64,000 nt of DNA, taken from an uncultured Clostridia bacterium (GTDB lineage: Bacteria; Bacillota; Clostridia; Christensenellales; Aristaeellaceae). A model generated the notes under the pieces. The model ran no database searches. It had not been told where the DNA came from and saw nothing but the letters and a program-made list of their open reading frames with translations. Of the stretch, positions 36,487 to 45,462 are shown piece after piece. The DNA is taken from contig CAMVHE010000005.1 of NCBI GenBank assembly GCA_947167215.1, positions 1,905-65,904 on the forward strand, written 5' to 3'. Each line of letters begins with the position of its first letter. Position 1 is the stretch's first letter. A program made the position numbers and the translations under genes.

Positions 36487-37143
36487 TCAGTCAGGCAGGA
36501 GCATTTTCCTTGCGGCGAGGACTCCCAGCCGGGGACTGGTCAGTACCGGGACCGGCATATCGGACAGATAGGGCTCCAGGGCAAGCATGGATCCCTGGGC
36601 AAGCACCACGACATCATTGCGGGATGCTGCTGCGCGGACAGCATCCAGGACCATGGCATTATGCTTTTCCGGTCCTTCGGTCATCAGTACGTCGAGCGCA
36701 CCATCAATCAGCACGCGTTCGAGCTGAATCTCTTTCCCGATCTTTGCCGCCTCCCTCTCCACCAGCCGGCTGGAGGGACCCATGGTGGACCCCACTGTGG
36801 CGACTACGGCAATGCGCGTCCCCATTGCAACGGCCTTGGCAGCCATGGGTTCATCCACTTTAAGGACAGGGACGGCGACGGTCTTCGCTGCAATATCCGC
36901 TGCTTCCCCCACCGAAGAGCACTGATTGAAAATCAGGTCCGCACCGGATTGTTCCGCCAGCTGATAATAGCAGCACATGCGCTTAATCAGGAAAGGCGTC
37001 GGGTGTCCTACCGTTTTTACTTCGCGGAGCAGACTGTCATCAATGATGTTCATGATTTCCGCTTCCGGAATCAGTTCGCTGAAAAGCTTCGTCAGATCCT
37101 GGATGGATACGAGACTGGTGTGAATAACTGCGATTTTCTTCAT
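36487..37143 (-). CDS. Asp/Glu/hydantoin racemase-family protein
   Basis: 218 aa. MKKIAVIHTS…IFNQCSSVGEA…VVVLAQGSM… has the two-lobed Asp/Glu racemase layout. Only the first catalytic Cys position (Cys75) is occupied. Confidence 0.6.
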   Translation of the reverse strand: MKKIAVIHTSLVSIQDLTKLFSELIPEAEIMNIIDDSLLREVKTVGHPTPFLIKRMCCYYQLAEQSGADLIFNQCSSVGEAADIAAKTVAVPVLKVDEPMAAKAVAMGTRIAVVATVGSTMGPSSRLVEREAAKIGKEIQLERVLIDGALDVLMTEGPEKHNAMVLDAVRAAASRNDVVVLAQGSMLALEPYLSDMPVPVLTSPRLGVLAARKMLLPD

Positions 37144-37336
37144 GATCCTGTCCTCCTTCTCCTCTTTCTCCGTTTGGAACGATTTTCTCCGGACACATGG
37201 AAGATTTCATCCTCCGCTCCGGTATCGGGCAGTTTTTCCGTTTTCTCCCCGCGAATCACCGGCAAAAGGCTCAGATGCCCCGCACTGCTTCAAAAGTGCT
37301 TTCCAGCCGAAACCCTTCGACCATTTCCGCATCCTG

Positions 37337-38011
37337 CTAAACCGCACCGAAGAATTCCTCTTCCAGCATCAGGCACAGTGCATGCCATACCGGAAGATGC
37401 AGTTCCTGGATAAGGTGCGCCCGGTCTGCGGGAACCGCAATCAGAACGTCGCTGCGTTCCCCGACGTCTCTCCCTTCGGAGCCCGTCATGCCGATGACCT
37501 TCATCTTTTTGGCATGCGCTGCAGTACATGCCAGCACAACATTTCTGGATTTTCCGGATGTGGACAGTGCCAGCAGGACGTCATGTTCACGGCCGTAGCC
37601 CCATACCTGCTGGGCAAAGACCATTTCCGCACTAACATCATTAATGTAAGCGGTCATCAGTGCTGTTTCCGCCCCCAGGGAAATTGCAGGGAGGGCACCC
37701 TGCAGCCTGTATGCCATCTGGCTTCCATATACCGGATCCAGCTCTTTCAGTCTCCGGGCATCTGCCTCGGGAATTTTTCTCGGCAGAATAAAGGATTTCA
37801 TCAGTTCCCCGACAATATGCTGGCCGTCCGCACAGCTTCCCCCGTTTCCGCAGATCAGCAGCTTTCCCCCCTGAGAATAGCTTTCGATCAGCATTGCTCC
37901 TGCTGCATAAATCGAATTGCGGCAGGAACCCAGCACCGGATAACGTTCAAGAAGATCCGCAAGAATTGCGGATGATGCGCCTTTCAATACAATCATCTCC
38001 CCCAAAATCAT
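37337..38011 (-). CDS. SIS-domain protein, GmhA (sedoheptulose-7-phosphate isomerase)/DiaA-like
   Basis: GGKLLICGNGGSCADGQHIVGEL and LALSTSGKSRNV motifs. Confidence 0.7.
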   Translation of the reverse strand: MILGEMIVLKGASSAILADLLERYPVLGSCRNSIYAAGAMLIESYSQGGKLLICGNGGSCADGQHIVGELMKSFILPRKIPEADARRLKELDPVYGSQMAYRLQGALPAISLGAETALMTAYINDVSAEMVFAQQVWGYGREHDVLLALSTSGKSRNVVLACTAAHAKKMKVIGMTGSEGRDVGERSDVLIAVPADRAHLIQELHLPVWHALCLMLEEEFFGAV

Positions 38012-38111
38012 TTACGCTCTCTGCGTATCTGCCCTTCTTCTTTCCCTGTTCCTTTCAGACAGAAAAATATCAAAAAGGGTCCCTCTGAATACGCAGAAGG
38101 ACCCAGTTTTC

Positions 38112-38711
38112 TTATTCCGCACACCCCAGCCGCTTCTGCAGAAATGCCAGGAGGGCAGGATAATCCACCTTTTCGAGGTCCGTCATATCCAGAACAAAGG
38201 AATCTCCCAAGTGGATGAAATAATCCTTTTCCGCACAATCCCTCGTATATGCTTCAAGGGAAAGCCTCGGAGCAATCACCTGTTCCCCATCCTTGTGATA
38301 AGTGCTGCAAAGATGGCCCGGATGCCGTGAAGACTGTTTATCACGGTTTTCGGAGCGCTGCCACAGTGCTTCCGGTTTTCCCGCCAGGACAACGGTATAC
38401 GGAGTATAGCCATATTTTGCAATCAGCGATTTCAGCATCGCTACGTGCTTTCTGCAGAAAGGATATTCGATCAGCCAGTCTGCTCCTCCTGCCATACGCT
38501 CACCCAACTGCTGCCAGAAGTCCTGCAGACTGCGTTCATTTACCCGGCCTTTCTCTTCCATGCCGTCAAAGCCCAGCAGATCCCACCACTTTTCCTTCCA
38601 CTCATCATAGGATAGAACGGTGAAGGAAGGAAAGGATTTGCTGATCATGCCGGAAATATACGACTTGCCGGAACCCGGATAGCCGGTAACAATCAATAGA
38701 CGCTTTGCCAT
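38112..38711 (-). CDS. P-loop (Walker A) small-molecule kinase-like protein, unknown specificity
   Basis: From the ATG at 38711: MAKRLLIVTGYPGSGKSY… The start is 1 nt after the stop of the upstream SIS gene (TGATATG). Confidence 0.55.
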   Translation of the reverse strand: MAKRLLIVTGYPGSGKSYISGMISKSFPSFTVLSYDEWKEKWWDLLGFDGMEEKGRVNERSLQDFWQQLGERMAGGADWLIEYPFCRKHVAMLKSLIAKYGYTPYTVVLAGKPEALWQRSENRDKQSSRHPGHLCSTYHKDGEQVIAPRLSLEAYTRDCAEKDYFIHLGDSFVLDMTDLEKVDYPALLAFLQKRLGCAE

Positions 38712-38712
38712 A

Positions 38713-39300
38713 TCACATATTATGTCCGGGAATATCCCACAGCCTCTGTACGACATTCATCAGCATATGATTCAGGATCAGATGCACGTCTTCCACGATC
38801 TGCATATTATTGACATTTACATGGAATACCACATCTGCAATTTCCCGGATCTTTCCGCCGGAATAACCGCATACGGCTATGGTCCGGATGCCCTGCTCCT
38901 TTGCATAAGAAAGTGCATTGACCACATTCATGCTGTTGCCGCTTCCGCTGATGCCTATGACCACGTCTCCCTTGCGGAGCCTCCCCCGCAGCTGGAACCG
39001 GAACATTTCATCATAGCTGATATCATTGGCAATGGACAGCATGGTTGCCACATTATCCGTCAGGCTGTAAAAGCGGAATTTCTTTTCAACGTATTCGGAA
39101 ATGCCTTTATTGAAGTCATTTGCCATATGGGAGGCAGTGCTGGCACTGCCTCCATTTCCGCAGACATAAATGGTTCCTTCTGCCTCATAGGCCTCCAGAA
39201 TCGTGTCAAGCACCTGTCTCACCTGCTGCTGGTCAACCGCCTGGAGCGTTCGCATTTCCAGGTCCAGGTACTCACGGATATAGCGGTCGGTATCTTTCAT
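38713..39300 (-). CDS. SIS-domain protein, GmhA-like (second copy)
   Basis: IYVCGNGGSASTASHMANDF and IGISGSGNSMNV motifs. Confidence 0.7.
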   Translation of the reverse strand: MKDTDRYIREYLDLEMRTLQAVDQQQVRQVLDTILEAYEAEGTIYVCGNGGSASTASHMANDFNKGISEYVEKKFRFYSLTDNVATMLSIANDISYDEMFRFQLRGRLRKGDVVIGISGSGNSMNVVNALSYAKEQGIRTIAVCGYSGGKIREIADVVFHVNVNNMQIVEDVHLILNHMLMNVVQRLWDIPGHNM

Positions 39301-39315
39301 AGAACTCCTCTTTCC

Positions 39316-40389
39316 TCAGATAGCGTGGGTATCCGCAATGTCCAGATGCAGGAATGCAGTCTCTCCGCTCTTGAAAATATGTTTGTTCTTTGGATTGTTT
39401 TCATGTACCGTAAAACGTCTTCCATCAATCTGGAGCTCATAGAGCTGGTAGGAACCCATGAATGTGGACAGCGTTACCGTTGCTTCCAGCAGGCCGCTTT
39501 CCCGAACGGAACAGGCCTCTGGACGGACGATGACCGTGCATTTTTCTCCGGGCTCAAACCTACGGTCGCTGGGAATGTTCTTCAGCTGCTTGCCCATTGT
39601 CTCAATGGTCAGGCCTTCTTTTCCCTGTGAAATGACCGTACCGTAAAGCATATTGGCCGTACCGATAAAGTTGGCCGAGAATTCGCTGTTGGGCGAATAG
39701 TAGACCTCCTCCGGGGAGCCCATCTGCTCAATCCTGCCGTCTTTCAGAATAACGATCCGGTCCGACATGCTCATCGCTTCCGCCTGGTCATGGGTCACAT
39801 AAACCGCCGTAATCCCCACTTCCCGCTGAATCCTGCGGATCTCCGTGCGCATCTGAATGCGCAGATTGGCGTCCAGGTTGGAGAGAGGTTCATCAAAAAG
39901 CAACACGCCCGGCTCCATGACCAGCGCGCGCGCCAGCGCCACCCGCTGCTGCTGTCCGCCGGAAATTTCATTGGTATGACGTTTTTCCAGTCCCTTGAGC
40001 CCCGTCATTTCCAGAATATTCATCACTTTCCGGTTGATCTCGGAACTCGAGAGTTTTTTGATCTTGAGTCCGTAAGAGATGTTGTCATAAATATTCATGT
40101 TGGGGAACAGGGCATAGGTCTGGAAAACCATTGCCGTATCCCGTTTGTCCGGAGACAGGTAGCGGATGGACTGGTCTCCCAGGCGGATATCGCCGCCGGT
40201 AGGCTTTTCAAAGCCCGCAATCATTCGCAGCGTTGTGGTTTTTCCGCAGCCGGACGGTCCCAGCAGGGTAACAAATTCGCCCGGCGCAATATCCATGGAA
40301 ACATGATCAACGGCATGAACTGGCGCACCGCCATGTTTATTGGGGTATACCTTTTCCAAGTCAATGAGGGATAATCCCTTGGCACTCAT
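39316..40389 (-). CDS. ABC transporter ATP-binding protein (FbpC/PotA/AfuC type)
   Basis: Walker A GPSGCGKTT, signature SGGQQQRVALAR, Walker B LLFDEPLS, and a C-terminal TOBE-like regulatory domain. Confidence 0.85.
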   Translation of the reverse strand: MSAKGLSLIDLEKVYPNKHGGAPVHAVDHVSMDIAPGEFVTLLGPSGCGKTTTLRMIAGFEKPTGGDIRLGDQSIRYLSPDKRDTAMVFQTYALFPNMNIYDNISYGLKIKKLSSSEINRKVMNILEMTGLKGLEKRHTNEISGGQQQRVALARALVMEPGVLLFDEPLSNLDANLRIQMRTEIRRIQREVGITAVYVTHDQAEAMSMSDRIVILKDGRIEQMGSPEEVYYSPNSEFSANFIGTANMLYGTVISQGKEGLTIETMGKQLKNIPSDRRFEPGEKCTVIVRPEACSVRESGLLEATVTLSTFMGSYQLYELQIDGRRFTVHENNPKNKHIFKSGETAFLHLDIADTHAI

Positions 40390-40418
40390 AGTCGTCCTCC
40401 ATTTTCATTCTCATGACG

Positions 40419-42110
40419 TTACTGTTTGAACAGATCAATCTTCTCGCCGGAGCTGCGACCAAGCCGGTTCAGAATCGCATTCATCAGGCCAACGACGATA
40501 AACACGATAATCATCAGCAGCGTGGAAAGCACAGACGCATAACCGAACTGTCCCTTATCCACGTGCTGCATGACACGAACTGTCAGCAGGTTATAGTTGG
40601 CAGAAACCAGGAAGATGACCGCACTGATGGCCGTCATGCTCTTGATGAAGCTGAAAACCAGACCGGTATAGAAAGCAGGACGGATCAGCGGCAGTGTTAC
40701 CGATGTGAAAACCTTTGTGGAGTGTGCTCCGAGGTCTGCCGCGGCTTCTTCAATGCTCGGATCAATCTGCCGGAGTGCCGACATGCCGGAGCGTACACCC
40801 ACGGGCAGACGGGTCATCACCAGGACGATTACCAGAATCCACATGGTATTGGTCAGTACCAGCGGCGGCGTATTATACGCCAGAATGTATCCGAGGCCGA
40901 ATACGGTTCCGGGTACTGCCATTCCCAGCATGGAAACATATTCCACCAGCCGGCGTCCGACAAAGCGCTTGCGTACCACAAGGAACGCAATCACCATGGC
41001 CAGTATGCCGCCGATGGGCGCCACCAGCAGGGAGATTCCCAGCGTATCATAAATGGATTTAATATTCTTGGACAGACCGAGCGCAAATTTCCAGTTATCC
41101 AGCACCAGGGTGTAATCTGCTCCCCAGGTCTTGAAGAAAGAGGAAAGAACCACGAAAACATAGAAAAGAAGCACAATCGCCGAGATCAGCAGGCACAGCA
41201 CATTGGTGGTAATCATGATTCCCTTGTCATCAATCATCTCACGCACCCGGCTTGCCTTGCCCGTCAGCGTCACATAGGACCGTTTATCCAGAATGGCTTT
41301 CTGTACAACAAACACCGCTACCGTGACCAGCAGCAGGATGGTCGCTATGGCCGTGCCTGCACTCTGGTTGTAGTTGCCGATTGCCTGAATATATATTTGC
41401 GAGGCCAGCGTTTTATAGCCGCCGCCCAGAATCATCGGATTGGAGAAGTCCGTCACCGACTCAATAAAGGAGAGAAGAAACACATTGGCAAGTCCCGAAG
41501 CCAGCATGGGAATCTGTACCGTCACAAAAACCCGCAGACGGCTTGCACCCATATTCCGTGCCGCTTCCTCCATGGAAACGTCAAAGTTCTCCAGAAGCCC
41601 GTCCAGTGTCATGGCTGCAATCGGGAAAAACACCAGTGTCTGTACGATGACAAGACCAACGTAGCCGTAAATATTGAAATTCTTGATTCCCAGCAGGGAA
41701 TAGGTAATGAGCCCGCGGCGTCCAAGCAGCGTGATGGCAGCAAAAGCCAGTACGAACGGCGGGGAAATGATAGGAAGGATTTCAATAACGCTGAAGAGTT
41801 TTTTAAAGGGACTTTTGACGCATTGTTTGGTATAGGCAAACAGAAATCCCACAATGGTAGAAGTCAGTCCGACGACGGTTCCCAGTCGAATGGTATTCCA
41901 GAAAGCAGTTTTGAAGCCCGAATCCCCGAAGATGCTAAAATAGGAAGAAAGAGTGAGTTTTCCCGTATTGTCAGTAAAGCTGCCCTTCAGGATGCAGAAT
42001 AGCGGATAAGCGATGAACATCAGCAGCACAACAATGACTGCAATAATGATCAGCAGCAGGAGCGGATCCTGGAAAAGGCGTCTGCTCTCATTTTCCTCAG
42101 CCTTTTGCAT
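40419..42110 (-). CDS. ABC transporter permease with duplicated transmembrane domain (FbpB/AfuB/ThiP type)
   Basis: 563 aa, about 12 TM segments in two repeats, each with an EAA-like loop (MEEAARNMGASRL; IEEAAADLGAHS). Confidence 0.8.
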   Translation of the reverse strand: MQKAEENESRRLFQDPLLLLIIIAVIVVLLMFIAYPLFCILKGSFTDNTGKLTLSSYFSIFGDSGFKTAFWNTIRLGTVVGLTSTIVGFLFAYTKQCVKSPFKKLFSVIEILPIISPPFVLAFAAITLLGRRGLITYSLLGIKNFNIYGYVGLVIVQTLVFFPIAAMTLDGLLENFDVSMEEAARNMGASRLRVFVTVQIPMLASGLANVFLLSFIESVTDFSNPMILGGGYKTLASQIYIQAIGNYNQSAGTAIATILLLVTVAVFVVQKAILDKRSYVTLTGKASRVREMIDDKGIMITTNVLCLLISAIVLLFYVFVVLSSFFKTWGADYTLVLDNWKFALGLSKNIKSIYDTLGISLLVAPIGGILAMVIAFLVVRKRFVGRRLVEYVSMLGMAVPGTVFGLGYILAYNTPPLVLTNTMWILVIVLVMTRLPVGVRSGMSALRQIDPSIEEAAADLGAHSTKVFTSVTLPLIRPAFYTGLVFSFIKSMTAISAVIFLVSANYNLLTVRVMQHVDKGQFGYASVLSTLLMIIVFIVVGLMNAILNRLGRSSGEKIDLFKQ

Positions 42111-42154
42111 TTATGGGAAGCCTCCTTCCGTTTTACATTGTCTGAATATGGATT

Positions 42155-42184
42155 GCGCCGGACCCACCAAGGCGAATCCGGCGC
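42155..42184 (-). other. intercistronic stem-loop after the binding-protein gene
   Basis: GCGCCGGA…TCCGGCGC, an 8-bp stem with a 14-nt loop and no U-tract. Confidence 0.35.
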
Positions 42185-42230
42185 TTCAAAATAATTACTT
42201 TACAGTGTATTCCTTACTGCGGTCCGAAAA

Positions 42231-43238
42231 TCAACGGCCGGTCAGCTTGGTCCACTTCTCAGTGAATTCTGCACGCTTTTCGCCAGCCCATGCGGTATTG
42301 TATTCGATGGTCTTGGCATCAGCGATACGGGCAACAGCTTCCGAAGGAACTGCACCGGGAGCGGTCAGGAACTGCAGAGCGCCATAATCCTTGTAGAGGT
42401 TCTGGCAGTCAGCGGTAAGTGCCCAGTCATAGAACTTCTTGGCGGCTTCCTGATCGGGGCCGTTGGCAATGATAGCCATAGCGCCGGTCTCATAGCCGGT
42501 GCCTTCTGCCGGTACATTGACGGTCAGCAGATCCTGATATCCATTCTGCTGCTGAGTGATTGCGTCATGGCAGAAGCAGATGCCTACAGCAACTTCACCC
42601 GCGATAACGGAAGTAATGCAGGCGCCGCCGCGTTCGGTGTACTGCAGGACGTTCTTGTCGAGCTTCTGCATGAAGTTGAAGCCCTCTTCCTCGCCCATCA
42701 GCTGCAGCACGGTGGCAAGAATAACATAACCCGTGGAAGATGCGGCAGGAGATGCCAGCATGATTTCGCCTTCCAGCTTCGGATCCAGCAGGTCTTCCCA
42801 GGAATCAGGCGCTTCGATGCCCAGTTCGGCAAGACGTTCATTGTTGCAGACAAAGCCTACATAACCGATATAAACACCAGTCCAGTAGTTGTCGGGATCC
42901 TTATACTTGCTCTCGATAGGAGCCGCATTCGGAGATTCATACTGAAGCAGGAGTCCTTCATTCTTGGCAGTGATGAAAGGATCAGCGGGGCCGCCAAACC
43001 AGACGGAGCAGGTTGCATTTTCATTCTCGTTCTTGACACGGTTCAGAATTTCGCCGCCGCCAAGCACGACATAGTTGGTCTTGATGCCGCTTACTTCTTC
43101 AAAGCGCTTGCACAGGCCATCGGTTTCGTCCTCGTACACCGCAGAGTAGATGGTCAGCTCGTCATCGGCAGCAAGCGCTCCGCAGAACAGAGCAGAGACC
43201 ATCATCAGTGCCATCAGGCATGCAATGAGTTTCTTCAT
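42231..43238 (-). CDS. family-1 extracellular solute-binding protein (FbpA/AfuA/ThiB type)
   Basis: Signal peptide MKKLIACLMALMMVSALFCGALA, then LTIYSAVYEDETDGLCKRFEEVSGIKTNYVVLGGGEILNRV… typical of Fe3+/thiamine/sugar-phosphate binding proteins. Confidence 0.75.
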   Translation of the reverse strand: MKKLIACLMALMMVSALFCGALAADDELTIYSAVYEDETDGLCKRFEEVSGIKTNYVVLGGGEILNRVKNENENATCSVWFGGPADPFITAKNEGLLLQYESPNAAPIESKYKDPDNYWTGVYIGYVGFVCNNERLAELGIEAPDSWEDLLDPKLEGEIMLASPAASSTGYVILATVLQLMGEEEGFNFMQKLDKNVLQYTERGGACITSVIAGEVAVGICFCHDAITQQQNGYQDLLTVNVPAEGTGYETGAMAIIANGPDQEAAKKFYDWALTADCQNLYKDYGALQFLTAPGAVPSEAVARIADAKTIEYNTAWAGEKRAEFTEKWTKLTGR

Positions 43239-43286
43239 GGGGTTTCCTCCTTTGAATAATTCAATCTATCTTAAGCGTTCCAGCGC

Positions 43287-44111
43287 TTAAAACCGTACCA
43301 GATCAATCTTCTTACGGATAGTATCTGCCATGGCATCATTGCATCGAATCATAAGCTCACGCAAAGATTCATCCGGCTCCGCCTCTCCAAAGACTTCCTT
43401 CGCTCTGCGTACCCAGGACACATTCAGCTCTGTGCCGAAGTTCAGCTTCAGCATGCCAAGGCGGATACAGGTGCGCACATCCTCCTCCCGGACTCCGGTT
43501 CCTCCATGCAGAACCAGCGGGGTATCCACTTTTTCGTGAATCTGGCGGAGTACGTCAAGATTGATGTTCGTCTTTGCCTTATATTGCCCATGGTGGGTGC
43601 CAATGCCCACTGCCAGGGCATCAACGCCTGTCTCCTTCACAAACACCACTGCATCGTCAGGGTCCGTATAGGGATAGCTCTCAATAATCTTCCCGCGCCC
43701 CACGATACCCAGTTCCGCCTCAATGGATGCGCCTGCTTCCCGGGCCATCTTCACCGCTTTCAGTGTGTTGGCGATGTTTTCTTCCAGCGGAAGCCTGGAG
43801 CCGTCATACATGACGGAAGAAAAACCGCCTTCCAGTGCTCCCTCAATATCTTCCAGCTTGCCCGCATGGTCCAGATGCAGGGCAACCGGAATCTCCAGTC
43901 CCTCGGCCACATCCTGGACCACCTTGGTCAGCAGCCGGAAACCGATATACTTCGCTGTGGAAACCGATACCTGCAGAATGACGGGGCAGTCTTTCTCTGC
44001 CGCGGTCCTTGCCATCATCGGAACCACTTCCAGTGCGTGAATATTAAACGCCGGAACACCCTTCCCATCTTTTTTTGCCTGTGCCAGCATGGGAATCATC
44101 GTTGAATACAT
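43287..44111 (-). CDS. class II ketose-bisphosphate aldolase (FbaA/KbaY/GatY family)
   Basis: 274 aa with PVALHLDHAG, VLHGGTGV and the overall FBA_II layout. Confidence 0.8.
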   Translation of the reverse strand: MYSTMIPMLAQAKKDGKGVPAFNIHALEVVPMMARTAAEKDCPVILQVSVSTAKYIGFRLLTKVVQDVAEGLEIPVALHLDHAGKLEDIEGALEGGFSSVMYDGSRLPLEENIANTLKAVKMAREAGASIEAELGIVGRGKIIESYPYTDPDDAVVFVKETGVDALAVGIGTHHGQYKAKTNINLDVLRQIHEKVDTPLVLHGGTGVREEDVRTCIRLGMLKLNFGTELNVSWVRRAKEVFGEAEPDESLRELMIRCNDAMADTIRKKIDLVRF

Positions 44112-44144
44112 GCATTGTCCTCCAAACTATTTAAATGCGTTTAT

Positions 44145-44173
44145 ATCTTATCCTTCTTTGTGTATTCTGTCAA
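44145..44173 (-). promoter_or_regulatory. candidate promoter of the aldolase/ABC/SIS operon
   Basis: Minus strand reads TTGACA (44168-44173), a 17-nt spacer, then TAAGAT (44145-44150), about 30 nt upstream of the GGAGGA RBS. Confidence 0.35.
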
Positions 44174-44342
44174 TATAAATCATGCTATAATTGTAGAATC
44201 GTGCCTTCTGACACGTTGCTGTTTGGGTATCTTCCTTATATTCACGCTCCGGTAAATGTTCTTTTTTGATGAAGATTCCACCTTTTTTCTCCCCGGAACT
44301 GTCTTTTTCCGAATTCCAGAAGAAACAGTACGGTCAGGACCA

Positions 44343-45278
44343 TCAGATTGCCGTGAAACCATCTCTGGCGTAGCAGGCTGCACCATAAAGGACATTCTGG
44401 TCCATCAGCTGGCATTGCTGTATCTCATAATGCCCTCTGGCTGAATCAAATACATAGGCCTCGGTATAACGGCGGATTGGTGCAAGCAGCACCTCTCCCA
44501 GATTCGCCACTCCGCCCCCGATGGCAATCCTCTGCGGTGCCAGCAGCGTAATCAGATTGGCCAGCGCCAGGCCGTACACTCTGGCATCTTCCTCGAGGAA
44601 ACGGAGAGCAAAAGTATCTTCCTTTTCGGCCGCCTCCCGGAGATGGTAGGTACTCAGCGTTTCCCGGCGTCCGTCGCAGAGTTTCATCAGGAGAGAATGG
44701 TCCGGCGTCTCCGCCCGCAGTCTTTTCGTCATGGCTACCCCGCTGCAGAATTTTTCGAGCCGGATAACATTTCCCGTTACCGGGTCCTGGACCACGGTAT
44801 TTCCAAAATATGAGGCGCCATACCCTACGCCGTCATACACCTTGCCTCCGATGAACATGGCCCCGCCAATTCCTGTGCCGATATTGGTATAAAAGAAACT
44901 GCGGATATCCTTTCCGCTTCCCATCATCAGTTCCGCATAGCCGCCGCATACCGTATCATTGACAATCACTGCCGGAACATGGAAATGGTCTTCCATCCAC
45001 CCCTTGAGGTTCATATCATTCCACCCGGGAACCTGAACGGAAAAAAGCACCTTTCCAGTCCTGCTGTCCACAATGCCGCCAAATCCGACACCGATCGCCT
45101 CAACCGGATATTCCGCCAGCAATTCCGGCAGTTGCAAAGCAATCCACGAAAGCACGGTCTGCGCACCGTCCACCAGAGGAAATTTCCCGGTCTTCTGCTT
45201 CAGAATCCGTCCATCTTCTTCGTGAATGGCGATCTGCTGTTTGGTACCCCCGATTTCTATGGAAGCATATCTCTTCAT
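44343..45278 (-). CDS. ROK-family protein lacking the canonical zinc motif (sugar kinase-like)
   Basis: From the ATG at 45278: MKRYASIEIGGTKQQIAI…, VGFGGIVD, NDTVCGGYAE, TNIGTGIGGA. There is no CxCGxxGCxE block. The ORF-track start at 45620 overlaps lplA and is rejected. Confidence 0.65.
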   Translation of the reverse strand: MKRYASIEIGGTKQQIAIHEEDGRILKQKTGKFPLVDGAQTVLSWIALQLPELLAEYPVEAIGVGFGGIVDSRTGKVLFSVQVPGWNDMNLKGWMEDHFHVPAVIVNDTVCGGYAELMMGSGKDIRSFFYTNIGTGIGGAMFIGGKVYDGVGYGASYFGNTVVQDPVTGNVIRLEKFCSGVAMTKRLRAETPDHSLLMKLCDGRRETLSTYHLREAAEKEDTFALRFLEEDARVYGLALANLITLLAPQRIAIGGGVANLGEVLLAPIRRYTEAYVFDSARGHYEIQQCQLMDQNVLYGAACYARDGFTAI

Positions 45279-45462
45279 TTTCCTTTTCCTCATGGCTTTT
45301 TCATCAAGAAGCCTGGTCTCTGAATGAAATATGGTTGTTTCCCGCCGTTTCGGCTGAGAATTTTCCGGTTTTCCTGCAATGCTTCCTTTCCGGGCATGCC
45401 GTGCCCGGAACAGAAAATACATGAATGCACGGCCTTCTCCGGAGCGTTGCAGACTGCCTCCC

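Noticed and set aside
36335-36863. Plus-strand ORFs 36335-36571 and 36372-36863 at the island/racemase border
   Set aside because: They are mostly antisense to the racemase-like gene, with no RBS and Arg/Pro-rich translations.
44161-44200. Plus-strand TATAAT (GCTATAATTG) and the imperfect inverted repeat ATTCTGTCAAT…ATTGTAGAAT, considered as a divergent promoter/operator
   Set aside because: There is no plus-strand gene to drive, and the repeat arms differ in length (11 versus 10 nt). It is kept only as part of the minus-strand promoter region.
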